Of a DNA stretch of 64,000 nt, positions 46,676 to 55,799 are shown one piece after another. Made by a program: the position numbers and the translations under genes. Origin of the DNA: an uncultured virus (IMG/VR IMGVR_UViG_3300049846_001482) (Duplodnaviria; Heunggongvirae; Uroviricota; Caudoviricetes). Below the pieces are notes generated by a model that saw only the letters and a list, made by a program, of their open reading frames with translations, did not search any database and was not told where the DNA came from. The stretch lies in IMG/VR virus record IMGVR_UViG_3300049846_001482; one strand, written 5' to 3'. Position 1 is the first letter of the stretch, and each line of letters begins with the position of its first letter.

Positions 46676-46687
46676 TTATATCTCCTG

Positions 46688-46906
46688 TTACTTTAATATG
46701 TTGTCAATAAAATTGTCAGCGCTGATATAACTTGGACTCGATAGATTGGTTCCTATGCCGAACCCTTGTGTGCCTACAACGAGGTTTCCATCAAATGCAG
46801 TAACACCAATGGGTGTGTTCAATGCAGTTGACTCAGAGGCGCTACCGCTTGAGGATGAGACGCCATATTGGGCTTGGCCATATTTGAATGATCCGTACTT
46901 AGCCAT
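46688..46906 (-). CDS. small probable structural protein
   Basis: MAKYGSFKYGQAQYG tyrosine-glycine repeats. Confidence 0.55.
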   Translation of the reverse strand: MAKYGSFKYGQAQYGVSSSSGSASESTALNTPIGVTAFDGNLVVGTQGFGIGTNLSSPSYISADNFIDNILK

Positions 46907-46908
46907 GA

Positions 46909-47703
46909 TTAGTTGAATCCTTTGGATAGTTTCACTGTGTAAGTGTAATGCTTTTCATCTGGAGGAATGTAGTCTTGCTCTTCTTTGACAGATTCAACAA
47001 AGTCAAGAGACTCAACGCCCTTGATGATCTCCCTCATGTTGAATGTGGCGTCACCTTCGTCCCCAAAGACAATTGACTTATAGATGTTGCCGACATTGGA
47101 GTGATCATCGTGACTCAAAAGTACTGTTGACAATCTAGACTGAAACCAATCTGAGGTCTCGTTTGGCTTTCCATCTGCTCCACTGCATCCATAAAAGATG
47201 TTGAGCCATCCGTTGCGGCTACGGGTAGGTCTTATTGTTACTTCAAATTTTACGGTGTTGGATGTTAAGTTAAGCGTATTGAAGAGGTCAGCTCTTTTAA
47301 GGCTTGCCTCTCTTACATGGGGAACCTTCATCTTTATGACGGCATCAACCCCACCTATACCCTTCTTTGATGGATAGTCAACTGTTGTTTCTACACCCAT
47401 CTCTTTGGAGTAGTAGACAACTTCTTTGATGATGTCTTCGACAGTGACCTTGATGTGAAGACATGTCTTGTATCTATTGCCCATCAACGGGTCTGTTCCA
47501 GCCAAACTCAAACCAGACCTAAGGAGTATTTTGCCCATCTCTTTAGAGTATTCGGAATAGAAGGGCGTCCTGAAATCTCTGTCAATGGCAGAGGGTCCAT
47601 CCACAATCAAACACCCTTCTTGATCATGAAAAAACCTCATGATGTAGGCATCATTGTGGGTCTTGATGGTTTCAAGCAGGTCGGCTTGACGAAAAGAGAT
47701 CAA
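46909..47703 (-). CDS. tag-A protein, two units
   Basis: TTG start with AGGAG; MISFRQADLLETI plus internal LKRADLFNTLN. Confidence 0.8.
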   Translation of the reverse strand: MISFRQADLLETIKTHNDAYIMRFFHDQEGCLIVDGPSAIDRDFRTPFYSEYSKEMGKILLRSGLSLAGTDPLMGNRYKTCLHIKVTVEDIIKEVVYYSKEMGVETTVDYPSKKGIGGVDAVIKMKVPHVREASLKRADLFNTLNLTSNTVKFEVTIRPTRSRNGWLNIFYGCSGADGKPNETSDWFQSRLSTVLLSHDDHSNVGNIYKSIVFGDEGDATFNMREIIKGVESLDFVESVKEEQDYIPPDEKHYTYTVKLSKGFN

Positions 47704-47730
47704 GGCTAGCTCCTAGTAGTGTGGTCATAA

Positions 47731-47749
47731 TACTACTTTTTTATAAAAG
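47731..47749 (-). promoter_or_regulatory. putative phage (late) promoter motif
   Basis: CTTTTATA-AAAAA-GTAGTA. Confidence 0.65.
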
Positions 47750-47767
47750 GAGCTGGATTTGTAAGTA

Positions 47768-48082
47768 TCAATAATCTTCGAAGTCGTCTTCGGATGGTGG
47801 TCTACGGGGCTCGTCAATAGTGGCGTCCATTTCTTCTCTGGCATTTCCCCAGATTTGGTCAAAAGCAGTTTGTTCTGGGGCAAATCTACCACCCCTAGCC
47901 GACCTAAAGGATGGTCTGGGACTTTCGTTTTTGGGGAGTCTATCGGAGGGCTTTGTTTCTAGGGGCTGACTTGTGCAGCACGAATAGTCCTTCTTGTATA
48001 TCTTGCCGCAGCGCTCGCAAGCATGGAAGGGTCTATTGTTCTTGTCTTCGTTGGTGTTTTTGATGAAGCGATGACGATCCAT
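47768..48082 (-). CDS. tag-B protein
   Basis: MDRHRFIKNT; CERC. Confidence 0.65.
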   Translation of the reverse strand: MDRHRFIKNTNEDKNNRPFHACERCGKIYKKDYSCCTSQPLETKPSDRLPKNESPRPSFRSARGGRFAPEQTAFDQIWGNAREEMDATIDEPRRPPSEDDFEDY

Positions 48083-48098
48083 ACATTAGTATATCAAA

Positions 48099-48449
48099 TC
48101 ACGGTTTTGCATCGGGGTTGGATGCAAAATGATTCTTCCTCTCATTCCAAAGTATTTTTTCCATAAGCTTATGAAACCAGACGTTTCTTTTTATTGGAAG
48201 ATAACGCAACTCAAAGTTATGCAGCTCATTTGAAGTGGTTCTATCGGGAATCATAAGAGCTGTTCCAGATGTGCGTCCGCCTATCCACCAGTCATTCTTT
48301 CTGCGAATGAGCTTGGCATATCGCCTCTTACCTTTACTATCATAGAAAAAGAACACGTCCCCATCATGATACCCGTAGCAACTTGGACGGGTATCAATCC
48401 GGGGACGCTTGGGGCGTTTGTTGATCAGGAACTTGTATCTATTTGCCAT
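48099..48449 (-). CDS. tag-B protein
   Basis: MANRYKFLINK. Confidence 0.65.
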   Translation of the reverse strand: MANRYKFLINKRPKRPRIDTRPSCYGYHDGDVFFFYDSKGKRRYAKLIRRKNDWWIGGRTSGTALMIPDRTTSNELHNFELRYLPIKRNVWFHKLMEKILWNERKNHFASNPDAKP

Positions 48450-48636
48450 CTCGCATTTTCTTCATCATGTTATCGTAGACCTCAGCCGCCGTGAGGCTTC
48501 GAGGCTGTGGCTCCAATGGCTTGCCCATAGCCAGATCGCTGCCGCTTAGAGGCTCTTCGGCATGGAAGATGAGGTTATAGATGAAGCCACCGGCAATGAT
48601 AGCCAGAATGATCTTGATCAGTGTGTAGACCCACAT
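48439..48636 (-). CDS. small membrane protein
   Basis: AGGAGG RBS; TM helix. Confidence 0.6.
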   Translation of the reverse strand: MWVYTLIKIILAIIAGGFIYNLIFHAEEPLSGSDLAMGKPLEPQPRSLTAAEVYDNMMKKMRDGK

Positions 48637-48647
48637 GACTAACCCTC

Positions 48648-49262
48648 CTATTTTGGTAGTTTCTGTCTGAACAACTTGGTGTAAGTCCAGATGGCATACT
48701 TGTAGGGTAGGTACGAGATGAGCAAGCAAAGCACACCACGGGAGAAGCAGACCCTCGCCTCATCCTTGTAGTTGAAGCCAATGGGATTGCAGAGCGTATG
48801 AATGCATCGGCTCAACTGCTCATGGTCGCCCCGTCCCTTGGCTATGACATCTCTGTATTCCCAGAACAGATCGATCATGTCCGAGCAAATAGCATGCCTC
48901 TTACCGCCGAACTCGTTCTCCTCATCGCTCATGCCAAACCAGTCAGGAGCAAAGCCAGGCGTCTTACCCTGCTTACCCTTCTCAAAGACCACATCATTGA
49001 TCTTGTTCTTCTTGAAGACCTTCTGGATGTGAGCCAGCAACTTCTTGGCTTGGGGTTCCGTTGACATCCAAGTGATCTCAATGTAGGGCTCGTAGAAGTG
49101 CCAGAAGTATTGTATCTTCAGCTTACGAGCCTGTTCCTTGATGTTCTTGATGAGCGGATAGTAGGTCTCATGGACCTGCCTGAACGTGATGCGTGGGTCG
49201 TTCTTGTCGGCCCAGTAGTTGACGCTCAATTTCTTATTGCAGGTGACTCTGAATGATCTCAT
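48648..49262 (-). CDS. hypothetical protein
   Basis: Long coupled ORF; start MRSFRV. Confidence 0.65.
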   Translation of the reverse strand: MRSFRVTCNKKLSVNYWADKNDPRITFRQVHETYYPLIKNIKEQARKLKIQYFWHFYEPYIEITWMSTEPQAKKLLAHIQKVFKKNKINDVVFEKGKQGKTPGFAPDWFGMSDEENEFGGKRHAICSDMIDLFWEYRDVIAKGRGDHEQLSRCIHTLCNPIGFNYKDEARVCFSRGVLCLLISYLPYKYAIWTYTKLFRQKLPK

Positions 49263-49456
49263 TATGACACCTTCTTTGGCTTCGCCATCGAGAGCCAGCA
49301 TATCCAGTAGAGGAATAGTCCAGTGAAAAACGAGCCGAGGATCAGTACTGCGGTGATGATGCGAACAAACGCAACATCAACCTCAAGGTAATCGGCAATC
49401 CCTGAGCAGACGCCAGCCAAAACCTTGTCAGTACCGAGGGTCAACTTCTTGTCCAT
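49262..49456 (-). CDS. pspC: PspC domain protein
   Basis: DKVLAGVCSGIADYLEVDVAFVRI plus TM helix. Confidence 0.85.
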   Translation of the reverse strand: MDKKLTLGTDKVLAGVCSGIADYLEVDVAFVRIITAVLILGSFFTGLFLYWICWLSMAKPKKVS

Positions 49457-49457
49457 T

Positions 49458-49826
49458 TCATTTCTCCTTATGATGGTCTAACTTGCAAGAGTGTGAGAAC
49501 TGGTGATTGATGTAGTGAGCGGCGAATATGCAGCCCACCCCAAGCAGAAGCAAACCTAGATGTTCTCCCCAGAGCTTATGGGCTCCAATGAAGATGGCAA
49601 AGCCAACCACTGCAAAGATGGCTGGGACGGCTTTCTTGTGGTAGATGTAACCCTGCAGCATGGCAAAGAAGGCTATGACCACACTGAGAGCAATGAAAGA
49701 CCACTCAAAGATCTCGCTGTGCAAGAACGTGAGCATGGGAAAGAACACAAACAGGAACGGGAATACAATGCAGTGTATCCCGCAAATACCAGAAGCCCAC
49801 ATCCCTACCTTATCAATCCACTTCAC
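49458..49826 (-). CDS. merC: MerC family membrane protein
   Basis: DKVGMWASGICGIHC, GYIYHK, AAHYIN, His-rich tail. Confidence 0.75.
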   Translation of the reverse strand: MKWIDKVGMWASGICGIHCIVFPFLFVFFPMLTFLHSEIFEWSFIALSVVIAFFAMLQGYIYHKKAVPAIFAVVGFAIFIGAHKLWGEHLGLLLLGVGCIFAAHYINHQFSHSCKLDHHKEK

Positions 49827-50166
49827 TTAGATTTCCCCTCTTTGCCTTTGCCCTTAGACGAAGGGCTAGGATGGTGGTTGCTGGATGCTTCAAGAAGTTC
49901 CTGATGCTGATCTCGAATGGGCTGAACATGTGGTTGAACCACTTGTCGTAGATGTATGAGACCGAATAGGGGTTAGCCGGTATTAGTCCAGACTTGCCAT
50001 CAACAATGGTTCCAGGCTTCTCCCAGCGAAGGCACTTAGTTACTCCCCTATAGTGCTTTAGGCAGATGACAATTGTCTTCATGTCTCTCGAAGACAATAC
50101 CTGAAATTGCCTGAGACCATTGGGGAAGCTTTGAGTCTTGTTGGTGACAAAGCTTGTTCTATTCAT
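49813..50166 (-). CDS. tag-B protein
   Basis: MNRTSFVTNK. Confidence 0.65.
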   Translation of the reverse strand: MNRTSFVTNKTQSFPNGLRQFQVLSSRDMKTIVICLKHYRGVTKCLRWEKPGTIVDGKSGLIPANPYSVSYIYDKWFNHMFSPFEISIRNFLKHPATTILALRLRAKAKRGNLSEVD

Positions 50167-50173
50167 CTAACCC

Positions 50174-50497
50174 TCACTGGAGTATCAAGCTACGGATAAC
50201 CCTATCGGTATGTATCTTGCCCCATGCTTCGTGAATTATGAATCTAAGTTCTAGCCCCTCATCTCGACGTATGACCTCGAAACCACCAGTAGCAAGAGAG
50301 TCCATCTCATCGTTGGTGCACATCTCTTCTAGTAGCCTACGAGCAGTCTTACGCATTTCAGCGACAGGTGGAACATCATCGGTCCTTGCCCATCTCCAAT
50401 TGAGGGATTCCATGACTCGTCTGACTCCGTTGAAGTCAAACTCATCAAGGATATCTTCAATTAGTTCATGATTGGATTTCTTTCTTGATCTCTTCAT
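50174..50497 (-). CDS. hypothetical phage protein
   Basis: ILDEFDF..V..VM..LNWRW...ATGGF; start uncertain. Confidence 0.6.
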   Translation of the reverse strand: MKRSRKKSNHELIEDILDEFDFNGVRRVMESLNWRWARTDDVPPVAEMRKTARRLLEEMCTNDEMDSLATGGFEVIRRDEGLELRFIIHEAWGKIHTDRVIRSLILQ

Positions 50498-50732
50498 GTA
50501 GCTCACGAATGAATTCACTCAGGGTCTTGCTGGTAGCCTTCTTTCCCTCGAACCTATCGAAGACCCTGCGAATGCAGGTGGTGCACATCTGCCTATGTTT
50601 GCTTGGAACCTCTTGCCTTATCCAGTTGGATGCGTCAATGGCATCGAGGTGGAGGTGGATGTTCTCCGTCATGCACTCAATGGACATGGAGTGAGGGAGG
50701 TTCTTGTTGGTTAGGTATTTGATCCTGTTCAT
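50466..50732 (-). CDS. tag-B protein
   Basis: MNRIKYLTNK. Confidence 0.65.
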   Translation of the reverse strand: MNRIKYLTNKNLPHSMSIECMTENIHLHLDAIDASNWIRQEVPSKHRQMCTTCIRRVFDRFEGKKATSKTLSEFIRELHEEIKKEIQS

Positions 50733-51238
50733 TGGCTTCGCCTACCATCCCTTTTGATTCTGTTGAGCATGTCAAACATGCCGTCTTCCTTGATGACATC
50801 TACCGCAGTGAACTGACCAACAACCTCTTGCCCAGACTTCTCATAGACATCTATTGGCCATGAGTTCTTCTTGTGGCCGTGAGGCATCTCTGGTCCCCAG
50901 AAGGCTATGTATCTTCCGTCTTCGGTTACGGGCTTGTCGCTCAAAACATTGATGCCGTTCATCGAGATGTGTTTTGGTCTTGACTTGAAAACGAAAAAGA
51001 TATTGGAGCTGTAGTTCTCTTCTATCAGGTCAACAAACGAATAGATGCCGCTTGAGAACACTTGGTTGATCTTGTGCTGGTTTCTCAAAAACAGCAACTC
51101 GCTTGGACCAGCATCATGTAGGGAGCCAACAATAGCCACAGAGTAGGCAGACGAACCAACCCCGTACATGCTCAAGAGCCCCAGCATAAGGTCTCCTGGG
51201 AAACATGTCAAGCTCGAATTGATGGGCTTGTTGACCAT
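50729..51238 (-). CDS. hypothetical protein
   Basis: Coupled ORF. Confidence 0.6.
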   Translation of the reverse strand: MVNKPINSSLTCFPGDLMLGLLSMYGVGSSAYSVAIVGSLHDAGPSELLFLRNQHKINQVFSSGIYSFVDLIEENYSSNIFFVFKSRPKHISMNGINVLSDKPVTEDGRYIAFWGPEMPHGHKKNSWPIDVYEKSGQEVVGQFTAVDVIKEDGMFDMLNRIKRDGRRSQ

Positions 51239-51517
51239 CTATTCTACCTTCTGGAGATCCTTGAGCGTCTTTTCAAGAGCCTTGATGCTCTTCTTTACAG
51301 TCTTTGCCATCCAAGCCTGCCCACTTCGCTTGGCTCTGGCAAAACTCATGAACTCCCTCGGCTTGGCGACCAAAGTATCATTATCGTAGAGCCTAAGGAG
51401 GTAGCTGCCATAGCGTCTGACTCCAGTGATCTCGGCTACATACCTGAGGTCTGCAGTCTCAATATAGTAGCAGTCAAACCTTTCTTCCATTGGATCGTCA
51501 ATCTTTGTCCACTTCAT
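51239..51517 (-). CDS. hypothetical protein
   Basis: Coupled ORF. Confidence 0.6.
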   Translation of the reverse strand: MKWTKIDDPMEERFDCYYIETADLRYVAEITGVRRYGSYLLRLYDNDTLVAKPREFMSFARAKRSGQAWMAKTVKKSIKALEKTLKDLQKVE

Positions 51518-51921
51518 TATGCCCTCGAATACCTAGCGTATGTTTGTATGACTTTTCCTCGTCCTGCGTCAAAGTGGAGACGTTTCACTGTATGGTCCAG
51601 ATATTCAAGACAGTCTTCGGTCTCTATTGGAACAGTACTGTTGCTGGTCTTGTCGTGAACTAAGATGCGTGGCTGGAAACTTGGAGGCAGCTCACACTTG
51701 GTAGTGCCTATGGTGATCATTGGCTCTGGTAATCTCTGACTTCTTGCATCGCCGGTCTTCATGTCAATAACAACGCAGTCATAACTATCACAGATGAACC
51801 CACCCACCAAAGACTTCCTGCTAACATAGATATAGGAGTCTTTGTTGAATGAGTCTGGCTCACCCTTCCACCAACCAAGCATATCCTTGACTGGATTGTT
51901 GACAAAATCAGTCCGCCTCAT
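51517..51921 (-). CDS. tag-B protein
   Basis: MRRTDFVNNP. Confidence 0.65.
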   Translation of the reverse strand: MRRTDFVNNPVKDMLGWWKGEPDSFNKDSYIYVSRKSLVGGFICDSYDCVVIDMKTGDARSQRLPEPMITIGTTKCELPPSFQPRILVHDKTSNSTVPIETEDCLEYLDHTVKRLHFDAGRGKVIQTYARYSRA

Positions 51922-51932
51922 GAAACACCCTT

Positions 51933-51980
51933 AAAAACAAATAGACCATCCAATCTTGCGAAAGGAAGGTCTATTTGTGT
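51933..51980 (-). terminator. intrinsic terminator
   Basis: ACAAATAGACC/GGTCTATTTGT stem; T-run on the minus strand. Confidence 0.6.
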
Positions 51981-51995
51981 TAGTATCATTTTCCG

Positions 51996-52736
51996 TTACT
52001 CTGAGAGAATGTCTTGGCAGATACCGTAGGCATCTGAATTCCAAGACTGGTAAGGCCAACCCCTGATGTATCGGTCGAACTCCACGATTGTCCTGTAGAG
52101 CAACAATGAGTCAATAGCGTCTTGCGTGGGTTCAGAGTATGGAATGCTTATCTTGATCTTTTTTGGCCCAACGCCAGCCCTGACTTGCTTAACGTACTGT
52201 TTTTTAGCATCAGCGGCAGTTGAGACATCAATCCTGTAGAGACTCAAAGACTGTGGTATGGTCAAGTACTTGGGTAGTTCCTTGATCGTTCTTGGATGAA
52301 ACCCCAGTCTATACATCTCCTGCTTTGACAGGCTTCGGTTGTTTTGGATCGCCCTAGCTATTACATAAGCAGAGTCTACATTATGCTCGTTCAATCCAGA
52401 CCAACCGTAGTCTACAGAGAACTTTTTGACCTTCAATCCCTTGAGCCCAGGATAGGGCTTCCCAGGGATGTTGTAGTGGACGTAATCGGCCCTGAACTCG
52501 GACTCCATACCTCCCCAACCTATATTTCTGGCTGCTCTTTCATGGAAGCTTGACGCAGGCCAACCCCTCCACATCTTAGCAACGTGATAAGAGGCATTCA
52601 TATAGGGTCTTACTTCTCTTCCGTAATGCTTGCTGATACGCTGGACAGATTTTTCGTAGAAGTTGTTTGTATCAGCTTGCAGATTTATAGTCGCCGTAAG
52701 TAAGGCGAGAGTGCATAGTATAATTTTTGTCATCAT
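51996..52736 (-). CDS. secreted hypothetical protein
   Basis: Signal peptide MMTKIILCTLALLTATINLQA. Confidence 0.65.
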   Translation of the reverse strand: MMTKIILCTLALLTATINLQADTNNFYEKSVQRISKHYGREVRPYMNASYHVAKMWRGWPASSFHERAARNIGWGGMESEFRADYVHYNIPGKPYPGLKGLKVKKFSVDYGWSGLNEHNVDSAYVIARAIQNNRSLSKQEMYRLGFHPRTIKELPKYLTIPQSLSLYRIDVSTAADAKKQYVKQVRAGVGPKKIKISIPYSEPTQDAIDSLLLYRTIVEFDRYIRGWPYQSWNSDAYGICQDILSE

Positions 52737-52906
52737 TGTCCCAGTGGGTCATTCCGCCGCCGTGAAGTCCAACGGCATCCTAACTTGAATCTGGTCCTGG
52801 TGGTCTTGCGCCTCGTCTGGTCTTTCTGTTTCTGGTAGATCGATTTTAGTTCCATCAGGTAACGTCATCAAAGTATAACTTTTTGATAACTCTACCCTCT
52901 TACATA

Positions 52907-52925
52907 TATTACTTTTTTATAGAAA
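52907..52925 (-). promoter_or_regulatory. putative phage (late) promoter motif
   Basis: TTTCTATA-AAAAA-GTAATA. Confidence 0.5.
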
Positions 52926-52970
52926 ATAGTCAAGTTTTTTTGGGTGTTAGTTATACTTTCAAAGTTATAC

Positions 52971-53189
52971 TTACTCGTGATTTTCGTCACTCTCTACCCA
53001 TTCAAAGTCTTCTAAAAATGATATTAATGGGTAGACGTGATCTTCGCTTTCAAACCTATAAATCCAGAAAACCTTTTCTTTATCTACCTTTTTAACGAAG
53101 CACTCCATGTTCTGAACCTTATGACGCCACTTCTGCCCAGCCCAGACTTTGAGTGGCTTCTGGTTCTTGAGGTAGGCTTGGCGTTTCAT
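52971..53189 (-). CDS. tag-B protein
   Basis: MKRQAYLKNQ. Confidence 0.65.
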   Translation of the reverse strand: MKRQAYLKNQKPLKVWAGQKWRHKVQNMECFVKKVDKEKVFWIYRFESEDHVYPLISFLEDFEWVESDENHE

Positions 53190-53575
53190 TTGGCTCCGGG
53201 ATATCTTTGATTCAGCTCATCAACTGACTTTTGAAGCATGTTTTGATATTCGCCCATGTCTTGCACTGTGTAGCCTGCAGGACGAGTCTCTAGGACAAAG
53301 CCAACGTGTTCGCCATGCCATTTTATTTCAACTGGCATTCCTGTGTTGTCTCCCATCCAGGGACTAGCCTGATTCCATTGGATGTGATCATGGTGAATGT
53401 TTTGGTAATGCCTAAAGCCATGTAAGCCAACCGAACCATAGGACTTTAAGTTAAACCCATGTATCACCGCAGCCACCCCAATGTAGGATCCGCCGCTGCC
53501 TGGTATCATAAACTTCACTTGGTCGTACAGCAATGGTGGCTTTTGATAGCCACTCAAAAAGTCATATCTATCCAT
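53186..53575 (-). CDS. tag-B protein
   Basis: MDRYDFLSGY. Confidence 0.7.
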   Translation of the reverse strand: MDRYDFLSGYQKPPLLYDQVKFMIPGSGGSYIGVAAVIHGFNLKSYGSVGLHGFRHYQNIHHDHIQWNQASPWMGDNTGMPVEIKWHGEHVGFVLETRPAGYTVQDMGEYQNMLQKSVDELNQRYPGAK

Positions 53576-53892
53576 AGATACTTCCTCGACTTCTTCAATA
53601 TGAAATAGAGCGCCCGAAAGGACGCCTTGCAGAGTCCGAAGTTATAGAGACTCCAAATAAAGTTATACTTTAGTGATAGCACCTTTGCAGCAGCATCGGC
53701 ACCCGAATAGATGAACATGCCTTTGCCGTGAGGTATGACCAGATGGACATCTCTCTTGATGGCTGCTTGGATGCCCCTGATCTTGCATTGGTGGTTTGGG
53801 ACTATCTTGATGCCTATATGCTTCTTAAGCCGTTTAGCCAGCCCAGAGCAGAAGGGACAAGATGAGTCGTAGATGAGGATTGCCTTTTTCAT
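53554..53892 (-). CDS. DCC/DUF393 thiol-disulfide oxidoreductase-like protein
   Basis: LIYDSSCPFC, IYSGADA. Confidence 0.7.
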   Translation of the reverse strand: MKKAILIYDSSCPFCSGLAKRLKKHIGIKIVPNHQCKIRGIQAAIKRDVHLVIPHGKGMFIYSGADAAAKVLSLKYNFIWSLYNFGLCKASFRALYFILKKSRKYLWIDMTF

Positions 53893-54491
53893 ACCCAACC
53901 AACTCCCAGCTCTTCTTCGCCCTCCATCTCTCTTGCTTCTTTTAGAGCCTCAATGAGAGGGGTAAAAGCGGCTTCCTCGAACTTCTCGGCATCCAAATCC
54001 ATACCAAAAACAGAACTGTTGCCACTAGAGCCGATTTTGCTCAGCTCGTCAGCCCTCTCATTCATCTCTCTGGGTATCCACTTTAACTCAACTGGCACGG
54101 GTGACTCAGCCATTGCCTTGAGTATCTTGTCCCGCAGAATGGTCAGGACGGGATTCTTACCAGAGGGGTCGTAGGACTGGTTCTTGAGCGTGGTGATCAG
54201 TATCTTTGAGTCAGAGCAAATGATGGCGCTATCAAAGGTCTCGGAGAACTTCTTGGACTTTAGGAACTTGACAGCCATGAGCATACCCAGGTATTCCATC
54301 TGGTTGTTGGTAGCTGTATCAGCCACAAAACAGGAGATGCCAACCTTCTCGTCGCCCAAATTGTTGGCGCAGGAAAGACCAAAACCCCCAGGACCGGGGT
54401 TGGCATGGGAGGTGCTGCCATCAACATAGATGTAGCCAACCTTCGTCAACTCCCTCTCCTTCTTAGGTTCCAAGAATTCATAGCGATTCAT
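53889..54491 (-). CDS. rnhA: ribonuclease HI with N-terminal tag B
   Basis: YVDGS..NPGPGGFG, TNNQMEY, SDS, WIPREMNERADELS; starts MNRYEFL. Confidence 0.88.
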   Translation of the reverse strand: MNRYEFLEPKKERELTKVGYIYVDGSTSHANPGPGGFGLSCANNLGDEKVGISCFVADTATNNQMEYLGMLMAVKFLKSKKFSETFDSAIICSDSKILITTLKNQSYDPSGKNPVLTILRDKILKAMAESPVPVELKWIPREMNERADELSKIGSSGNSSVFGMDLDAEKFEEAAFTPLIEALKEAREMEGEEELGVGWV

Positions 54492-55027
54492 TTGCCATAT
54501 TTCCTGAGAACGGACTGCAGCCCATTCATATGGACTACATCCAGTGGCAATTTCAAGAAGTACTCTGGCTCGGTGGCTCCCTGTTCACGGGCAATCCTAT
54601 TCGCCCAAGGAACCAAGGCAGAAGCCTCGCCAAACCGTTTAACTCGGTCATTGTAGACCGCCAAGACATCCTTGAGGGTCACTACGGCATGCTGGGTGTA
54701 GTCCCCATTCCATAGAACCCAAAGACCATTCTCGCTGTAGTCAAAGTTCCTAGCCAGCAAGTGGTCCAGTTTACGTCCCAAGAAGTTCATGTCGCTGAAC
54801 GGAAACTTGGGGCTATTCCATCGAGGATCCCTCTTGGTTTCCGTTTCGATGCAGCGTATGACGTTCCCATCACCATCACAAAGGCATAGGTCAATGCCGT
54901 ATTGATTGTTGTGATCCTTAACTACCAGACCACTACTGGGTGGGAAGAACGCCTTCACTGCATTTCGAGCAGGCGGGTCGTACTGCCTGTCTTCTGCTTT
55001 GGTGTATCTTTTTCTGAAACCTTGCAT
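54488..55027 (-). CDS. hypothetical protein, possible PD-(D/E)xK nuclease fold
   Basis: GIDL...IETETK. Confidence 0.5.
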   Translation of the reverse strand: MQGFRKRYTKAEDRQYDPPARNAVKAFFPPSSGLVVKDHNNQYGIDLCLCDGDGNVIRCIETETKRDPRWNSPKFPFSDMNFLGRKLDHLLARNFDYSENGLWVLWNGDYTQHAVVTLKDVLAVYNDRVKRFGEASALVPWANRIAREQGATEPEYFLKLPLDVVHMNGLQSVLRKYGK

Positions 55028-55482
55028 TAGTCTTCAGTCAATCCTTTGCCGCATCGTGGGCATGTGTGTCTGTTGGGGTCTGCCTTCCACTTCTTGTATG
55101 TTGGCCACTTCATGTTGTGATACTTACGCCAGTTCCTTTTCCATGAGTAGTAGACCATCCACCAAGAGTGTATCTCCATTGCCACATAATCTCTAGCTAC
55201 ATCGTCTGGACCGGCCGAAAGCCTTGGATTTGGCTCGTAGTGTCTGTGGACTATCCTTACCACTGGGTTGTATTTCCAGCGAATCAGATCCTGAATGAAG
55301 CTGTCGTCAAAGTGTATCCAGCGTGGGCGTAGATACTCAAAGAAGTCATCAATAAAACAGCTAAGGGGATTGTAGCCAAAGAGTCTAAAGGTCTTCCAGA
55401 ACTTCAAACGTGGCTTGAACTTCCACGTCCAGAAGTCGTCTTGTTCCCAGTTGCATGTTTTACAATAGATGAATGACATCAA
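55027..55482 (-). CDS. zinc-binding hypothetical protein
   Basis: CKTC...CPRC; WEQDDFW. Confidence 0.6.
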   Translation of the reverse strand: MMSFIYCKTCNWEQDDFWTWKFKPRLKFWKTFRLFGYNPLSCFIDDFFEYLRPRWIHFDDSFIQDLIRWKYNPVVRIVHRHYEPNPRLSAGPDDVARDYVAMEIHSWWMVYYSWKRNWRKYHNMKWPTYKKWKADPNRHTCPRCGKGLTED

Positions 55483-55799
55483 TACAACCCACGGAAGTTA
55501 TCCATATTAGCTTGTAGTAGTTGCTTCATTGTTTTGCTTATCTGTTGGTCCAAAAACTCCTTCACCTTCTTCTCGTCCTCTGGGTCTGTGAACTGAGAGC
55601 CCAACTCTTCCCAGGTAAACTTGTGCAGCCCACCACCCTGAACGCCTTTGTGGTGATGCTTCGAAACAACCCACCCATCCTCTTGCTTGGTGTGGAGGGT
55701 GTATTGTTCGCCAGTTGTCTTGTTGGTGATCTTGTCTCCAACCTCACCCCAGGTCATGACTGGCTGGCGCTTGGCGGAGACAAACTTATTTCTTTGCAT
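55479..55799 (-). CDS. tag-B protein
   Basis: MQRNKFVSAK. Confidence 0.65.
   Translation of the reverse strand: MQRNKFVSAKRQPVMTWGEVGDKITNKTTGEQYTLHTKQEDGWVVSKHHHKGVQGGGLHKFTWEELGSQFTDPEDEKKVKEFLDQQISKTMKQLLQANMDNFRGLY

Noticed and set aside
13724..47703. QADLL as a beta-clamp binding motif (QL[SD]LF / QADMF)
   Set aside because: The terminal Phe is nearly always missing, and Gln is replaced by H, I, K or R in several copies including all internal ones, while the preceding basic residue is conserved. Disfavoured but not formally excluded.
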